Of a stretch of 64,000 nucleotides of DNA, positions 59,335-64,000 are shown in pieces. Location of the stretch: contig JAQCIU010000004.1 in NCBI GenBank assembly GCA_027593235.1, positions 1 through 64,000 of the forward strand, given 5' to 3'. Position numbers and translations under genes: made by a program. The first letter of the stretch is position 1. Each line of letters starts with the position of its first letter. This DNA comes from Chloroflexota bacterium (lineage in GTDB: Bacteria > Chloroflexota > Dehalococcoidia > UBA2979). Below the pieces are notes generated by a model. The model did no database searches. It was not told the DNA's origin and worked only from the letters and a program-made list of their open reading frames with translations.

Positions 59335-61833
59335 ATGACCGATCTCAGCGAGTCACTGCGACTCACCGTGCACGAAGTCACGGCACGTCTGGATCCCTCT
59401 GAGCTCCCCTTCAAGACCACTGACGAATTGCACGCACTCGACGCTGTCTTCGGGCAGGAACGCGCCACGCGATCGATCGAGTTCGCCCTCGGCATGACCG
59501 CGCCGGGCTACAACCTCTTCGCGTCGGGCCCAGACGGCATCGGCAAATCGACCATCGTCGAGGGATTCCTGCGCCGCCGTGCCTCGCAACTGCCGACCCC
59601 AGACGACTGGGTCTACGTCCACAATTTCGAGGATCCCGATCGTCCGGTCGGTATCGCGCTCCCTGCCGGCAGTGGCCGGCGCTTCGCCGAAGACGTGCGT
59701 CGCGCGGTGACCTCGGCGAGCGAGGAGCTGCATACCGCGTTCGACTCCGATTCTTACGCCCGTCAGCGCCAGGAACTCGTGTCCGTGGTGGAGCGGGAAC
59801 GGGCGACCATCCTCGAAGCGCTCCAGGTCCGGGCGACGGAGAAGGGCTTTGTGCTTCAGATGACCCCGCAGGGCATCCTGTCGGCACCGCTGGTCGAAGG
59901 CGAGACGTTGACGCCGGAGGCGTTCGCCGCGCTGCCGGAGGAGACGCGACAGGACTTCCAGCAACGCGGCGAAGCACTCGAGAAGCACGTCCAGGACGCG
60001 ATGTTCGAGATGCGCGGTATCGAGCGAGGCGCTCGCGAGCGATTCGAGCAGTTGGACACGGAAGTCGCCGCGTTCGCCATCAGCCACCTCTTCGATCCGC
60101 TGATCGTCACCTACGGCAGCGACGGCGAGGTCAGCAGCTTCCTTCACGCCGTGCGAGCCGACATCGAGAAGGAACGCGATCGCTTCCGCGGGCAGCCAGC
60201 GGCGCCGCCGATCCCGGGCATGCCCGCCGCCGCGCTCTCGCCGCCGGTACGCCGCTACGAGGTCAACGCCGCCGTTTCCCACGACCCGGACTCCGGCGCG
60301 CCCGTTGTCTTCGAACAACACCCGACGTACCACAACCTCCTCGGCCGGATTGAGTACCAGGGCCAGCTCGGCACGGTCGTGACCGATCACATGCTGATCA
60401 AGCCGGGAACGCTCGCGCTCGCGAACGGCGGGTTCATCGTGCTGCGGCTGCGCGATCTGCTCAGCAACGCCCCGTCACTCGATGGCTTGAAGCGCGCGCT
60501 CAGCACACGCCAGCTCGCGATCGAAAACCTCACCGAAGCGTATGGACTGACGACCACCACTGCGCTCCGCCCCGAGCCGATCCCGCTCGAACTCAAGTGC
60601 GTCGTCGTTGGCGATCCCTACCTCTACTCGCTCCTCTACCGCCTCGATCCCGACTTCAGAGAACTCTTCCGCGTGAAAGCGGACTTCGAGACCGACTTCG
60701 AACGCACCACGGAGAACGTCCTCGGCGTGGCCGCTTATGTCCGAGGGCAATGCGATCGTGGCGGTCTCCGCTGCTTCGACGCCACGGCGATCGGCCGGCT
60801 CGTCGAGCACTCCTCGCGCATGGTCGACGACCAGCGCCGGCTCTCCGCGAACATGGCGAGTTTCCTCGATATCGTGCGCCAGGCCGACTACTGGGCTGGC
60901 GTCGCCGGCACGGACGTCGTCACGGCCGACGATGTCGACCGGGCCCTCGAGGAGGCGGTGTACCGTTCGGCGCTGGTCCGCGATCGGATCCAGGACGCGA
61001 TCCAGGACGGCTCGATCCGCGTCGACACCGACGGCGAACGCATCGGACAAATCAACGCGCTGTCGGTCTACGACCTCGGCGACATCACGTTTGGGCGCCC
61101 GTCGCGGGTGACCTGTGTCGTCTCGGCCGGCCGCGGCCAGATCGTGATGGTCGAGCGCGAAAGCGATATGGCCGGTCGCATCCACAACAAGGGATTCCTG
61201 ATCCTCCGCGGCTTCCTCACCGATCGCTTCGGCCAGAACGGCACGGCCACGCTCCACGCAAGCCTCACCTTCGAACAGCTCTACGGAGACATCGACGGCG
61301 ACTCCGCCTCCTCCACCGAGCTGTACGTCCTCCTCTCCGCGCTGGCTCAGCTCCCGGTGAAGCAGGGGATCGCCGTGACCGGGTCTGTCGACCAGCACGG
61401 ACGCGTGCAACCGATCGGCGGCGCGACCGCGAAGATCGAGGGTTTCCACGCCGTCTGCAGCGAGCGCGGATTGGACGGCACGCAGGGCGTGATCATCCCG
61501 CGCACGAACGTGCGCAACGTCGTGCTCCGTCCGGACATCGCCGCCGATGTCGCCGCCGGGCGCTTCCACGTCTGGGCGGTCGACACCATCGAGGAGGGAA
61601 TCGAATTGCTCACCGGGGTGCCGGCGGGAGCCCTCGATGACAGCGGGGCGTACCCGGAAGGCAGCGTCTTCCGGATCGTTCGTGATCGTCTGGAGGCGTT
61701 CGCGGAAGAGCTGCGAGCGCGGCCAGAGGTCGGTGCAACCTCGACCACGCACCTCCACACCGCGTCGGCACCTCAGCCCTCGCCACCTGGCATCCCGCCG
61801 CAGCCGCCACCCGATCCGCCTGTGATCGTCTAG
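59335..61833 (+). CDS. Lon-like ATP-dependent protease (LonC/AAA_32 type)
   Basis: GQERA, GPDGIGKS, DWVYVHNF, FEQ.Y..DGDSAS, VTGSV, QPIGG..KIEGF Ser-Lys dyad. Confidence 0.92.
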   Translation: MTDLSESLRLTVHEVTARLDPSELPFKTTDELHALDAVFGQERATRSIEFALGMTAPGYNLFASGPDGIGKSTIVEGFLRRRASQLPTPDDWVYVHNFEDPDRPVGIALPAGSGRRFAEDVRRAVTSASEELHTAFDSDSYARQRQELVSVVERERATILEALQVRATEKGFVLQMTPQGILSAPLVEGETLTPEAFAALPEETRQDFQQRGEALEKHVQDAMFEMRGIERGARERFEQLDTEVAAFAISHLFDPLIVTYGSDGEVSSFLHAVRADIEKERDRFRGQPAAPPIPGMPAAALSPPVRRYEVNAAVSHDPDSGAPVVFEQHPTYHNLLGRIEYQGQLGTVVTDHMLIKPGTLALANGGFIVLRLRDLLSNAPSLDGLKRALSTRQLAIENLTEAYGLTTTTALRPEPIPLELKCVVVGDPYLYSLLYRLDPDFRELFRVKADFETDFERTTENVLGVAAYVRGQCDRGGLRCFDATAIGRLVEHSSRMVDDQRRLSANMASFLDIVRQADYWAGVAGTDVVTADDVDRALEEAVYRSALVRDRIQDAIQDGSIRVDTDGERIGQINALSVYDLGDITFGRPSRVTCVVSAGRGQIVMVERESDMAGRIHNKGFLILRGFLTDRFGQNGTATLHASLTFEQLYGDIDGDSASSTELYVLLSALAQLPVKQGIAVTGSVDQHGRVQPIGGATAKIEGFHAVCSERGLDGTQGVIIPRTNVRNVVLRPDIAADVAAGRFHVWAVDTIEEGIELLTGVPAGALDDSGAYPEGSVFRIVRDRLEAFAEELRARPEVGATSTTHLHTASAPQPSPPGIPPQPPPDPPVIV

Positions 61834-61850
61834 GGCGAGGACTGCCTCGG

Positions 61851-63161
61851 GTGACCAACACCCATCCACTGACCGCCGAACCGCCGCTGGAGCGCCGCCT
61901 TGGGGCGATCTCGGTCAGCCTCTCTGGCATCGGGATCATCCTCGGAGCCGGCATCTACGTCCTCGTTGGCGAAGCGGCGGGCGAAGCCGGCAACTCGGTG
62001 TGGCTCGCGTTCGTGCTCGGCGCGGTGGTCGCCGCCCCGACCGGCCTCGCGCTCGCCGAACTGGCCGCGATGTTCCCTGAGGCTGGCGCCGCCGCCGCAT
62101 ACACGCGCGAAGCGTTCGGTGTTCGCAGCGCCTTCCTTACCGGCTGGTTCGACCTCGCCGTCAGCACCGTCGGCGCCGCCGCGGTCGCGCTCGGCTTTGG
62201 CGGCTACCTCGACGACTTCATCTCGGTCGGCGCAACGCCCGCCGCGATCGCGGTCCTCATCCTCTGCGCGGTGATCGCCTACCTCGGCGTCCGTGAGACG
62301 GTCGCGGTCGCGATTGCGTTCACGCTCGCGGAGGCGGCCGGCCTGGTGATCGTGATCGCCGTCGGCCTCCCGCACTTCGGTGACGTCGATCTCTTCGCCC
62401 ACGAGAGCGGCTGGCTCGGCATCGTCGGCGCGGGCTCGCTGGTCTACTTCGCGTACCAGGGCTTCGAGGAGATCGCGACACTCTCCGAGGAGACCATCGA
62501 TCCACGGCGCAACATCCCGATCGCGATCGTCGTCGCGGTCATCGTCACCACGACCCTCTACATCCTGGTCGCGATCGCGGCGGTGTCGTCACTCCCGTGG
62601 GAGCAGCTCGCCCTGAGTGAAACGCCGCTCGCCGATGCCGTGTCGGCCGTCTCGAGTGAGCGCCTGGGCGACGTGGTGACGACGATCGCCCTCTTCGCCA
62701 CCTTCAATACGATCCTGCTGCTCATCGCCACCGGCGCGCGCGTCAGCTACGGCATGGCGCACCGGCGCCTCCTGCCCGCCGTGTTCGCGCGCGTCTCGGC
62801 CACCCGACGCACGCCGTGGGTCGCCACCGGGATCATCACGGCGGCCGCGATCTTGCTCGCGTCGACCGGTGACATCGGGTTCGTCGCGCAGGTCACGAAC
62901 TTCGCGGTCTTCGGCCTGTTCACCATCGTGAACGCAAGCGTGATCGCGCTGCGCCGGCAGCGGCCGGATGCGGACCGGCCATTCCGCTTGCCCGGCGCCG
63001 TGAAAGGCGTCCCGGTGATCGCGGTCGCCGGCCTGGTCGGAAACCTCGCTCTGGCGGCCTATATGGATCGCGACGCTCTCCTCGCGGGCGTCGTCCTCCT
63101 GGTCGTCGGCCTGGCCCTCTCCAGCTACATCGTGCGCTACGAGCGGCAGGACCCCGCGTGA
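61851..63161 (+). CDS. APC family amino acid permease
   Basis: IILGAGIY, ELAAMFPEAG, FAYQGFE..EE..P.R.IP, RTPWVA, RPFRLP. Confidence 0.92.
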   Translation: MTNTHPLTAEPPLERRLGAISVSLSGIGIILGAGIYVLVGEAAGEAGNSVWLAFVLGAVVAAPTGLALAELAAMFPEAGAAAAYTREAFGVRSAFLTGWFDLAVSTVGAAAVALGFGGYLDDFISVGATPAAIAVLILCAVIAYLGVRETVAVAIAFTLAEAAGLVIVIAVGLPHFGDVDLFAHESGWLGIVGAGSLVYFAYQGFEEIATLSEETIDPRRNIPIAIVVAVIVTTTLYILVAIAAVSSLPWEQLALSETPLADAVSAVSSERLGDVVTTIALFATFNTILLLIATGARVSYGMAHRRLLPAVFARVSATRRTPWVATGIITAAAILLASTGDIGFVAQVTNFAVFGLFTIVNASVIALRRQRPDADRPFRLPGAVKGVPVIAVAGLVGNLALAAYMDRDALLAGVVLLVVGLALSSYIVRYERQDPA

Positions 63162-63802
63162 GCATCAATCGAGGCGATCCCGCCGACCACCGCCCCGAGG
63201 CAGACGATCGGGGCGACGGCGGCACTCCACCACAACGAGGCGGCCCGGCGCTGCCGATCATGACGGTCGACCTCGATGGCGTCGTCTGCGCTCCGCTGCT
63301 TGGCGCGAACCTCGGCATCCACGCCACCTTCCTCGATCCGGACGCGCCGCCGCCGGCCGCCCGTGTCTGGCCGCGATGGCTCGGCGCGCCACTGGATCAC
63401 GCGCGCTTCGATCTCCGTCGCCCGCTGCCCGGCGCACGGAGCGCGCTCGCGCGACTCTCGAGGTACCGCACGCTGATCCTGCTCACCGGACGGCGGTCCG
63501 ATCCGTCGTACTGGCTGCGCTGGTACGGCCTCGATCGCTACTACACGGGCATCGTCATCAACCAGGACGCGCTGAAGAGCCCCCACCACAAGCTCGAGCA
63601 AATCGAACGCCTCGGCGCCATCGAGCACATCGACGACGACGGTCGCACCGCAGAACTGCTCGCGCAGCGCGCGGGCATCCCGGTCTACCTCCGCGACTGG
63701 CCGCGCAACCGCGGCCTCGCCTTCGACCCGCTGGTTCGGCGCTTCGCGGACCTCGAGGCGCTCGCCGACGCGATCGAGGCTGGCGCACCGCCGAGCGGAT
63801 GA
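63158..63802 (+). CDS. HAD-superfamily-like protein
   Basis: VDLDGV, LLTGR, K, IDDD motifs I-IV; GTGA overlap with permease. Confidence 0.7.
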   Translation: MSINRGDPADHRPEADDRGDGGTPPQRGGPALPIMTVDLDGVVCAPLLGANLGIHATFLDPDAPPPAARVWPRWLGAPLDHARFDLRRPLPGARSALARLSRYRTLILLTGRRSDPSYWLRWYGLDRYYTGIVINQDALKSPHHKLEQIERLGAIEHIDDDGRTAELLAQRAGIPVYLRDWPRNRGLAFDPLVRRFADLEALADAIEAGAPPSG

Positions 63803-63848
63803 GCCACCCCAGCCAGACCGGGTCTGACGTGCACGCTAGCGTGCGGTG

Positions 63849-64000
63849 GTGACGACCACGCCCGAGCTCGAGGATCCTGCGTCCGCCGACGGTCGCGAAG
63901 CGCCCGCCCCACCCGAGTTCGCCGCCGCCCAGCATTTCCACGGTCGGGTGATCAGGCTCGTTTCCCTGGACCGCGCGATGACCACCATCGGCGCCAGCGC
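63849..64000 (+). CDS. Partial hypothetical CDS running off the window
   Basis: Open frame from GTG 63849 (MTTTPELEDP..VIRLVSLDRAMTTIG) with TAGCGT 6 nt upstream. Confidence 0.45.
   Translation, partial: MTTTPELEDPASADGREAPAPPEFAAAQHFHGRVIRLVSLDRAMTTIGAS

Noticed and set aside
63831-63844. Perfect 14-bp palindrome GCACGCTAGCGTGC
   Set aside because: Single GC-rich occurrence at the window edge with no identifiable regulator; may be chance

Overview
High-GC, gene-dense bacterial DNA with about 65 CDS and no rRNA, tRNA or CRISPR array visible. The gene content (two LLM flavin oxidoreductases, three crotonases, four MDR-family dehydrogenases/reductases, a family III CoA-transferase, an aldehyde:ferredoxin oxidoreductase, a LonC-type protease, frequent apparently leaderless starts) suggests a heterotrophic Chloroflexota (Dehalococcoidia-like) genome; this is inference only. 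Recognisable modules: a menaquinone operon menF-menD-menH-menA-menC-menE lacking menB, an AOR-MoaD-DUF1952 operon, acetyl-CoA synthetase plus citrate synthase, and an SRPBCC-ArsR-ABC exporter unit with tandem palindromic operators. Signals missed by the ORF track: (1) a DsbA/FrnE-family selenoprotein with an in-frame UGA in a UPWC redox motif followed by a bacterial SECIS-like hairpin (32232-32891); (2) a degenerate nucleotidyltransferase-like/HEPN gene pair (47462-48095); (3) a lipoprotein gene broken by one in-frame TAG and flanked by two near-identical hairpins; (4) two genes split by single-base shortfalls in homopolymer runs; (5) an internally deleted LysE pseudogene, a 56-aa membrane ORF, and a truncated nitroreductase at the left edge next to a possible IS end. 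All family assignments come from motif recognition by eye, not database searches.
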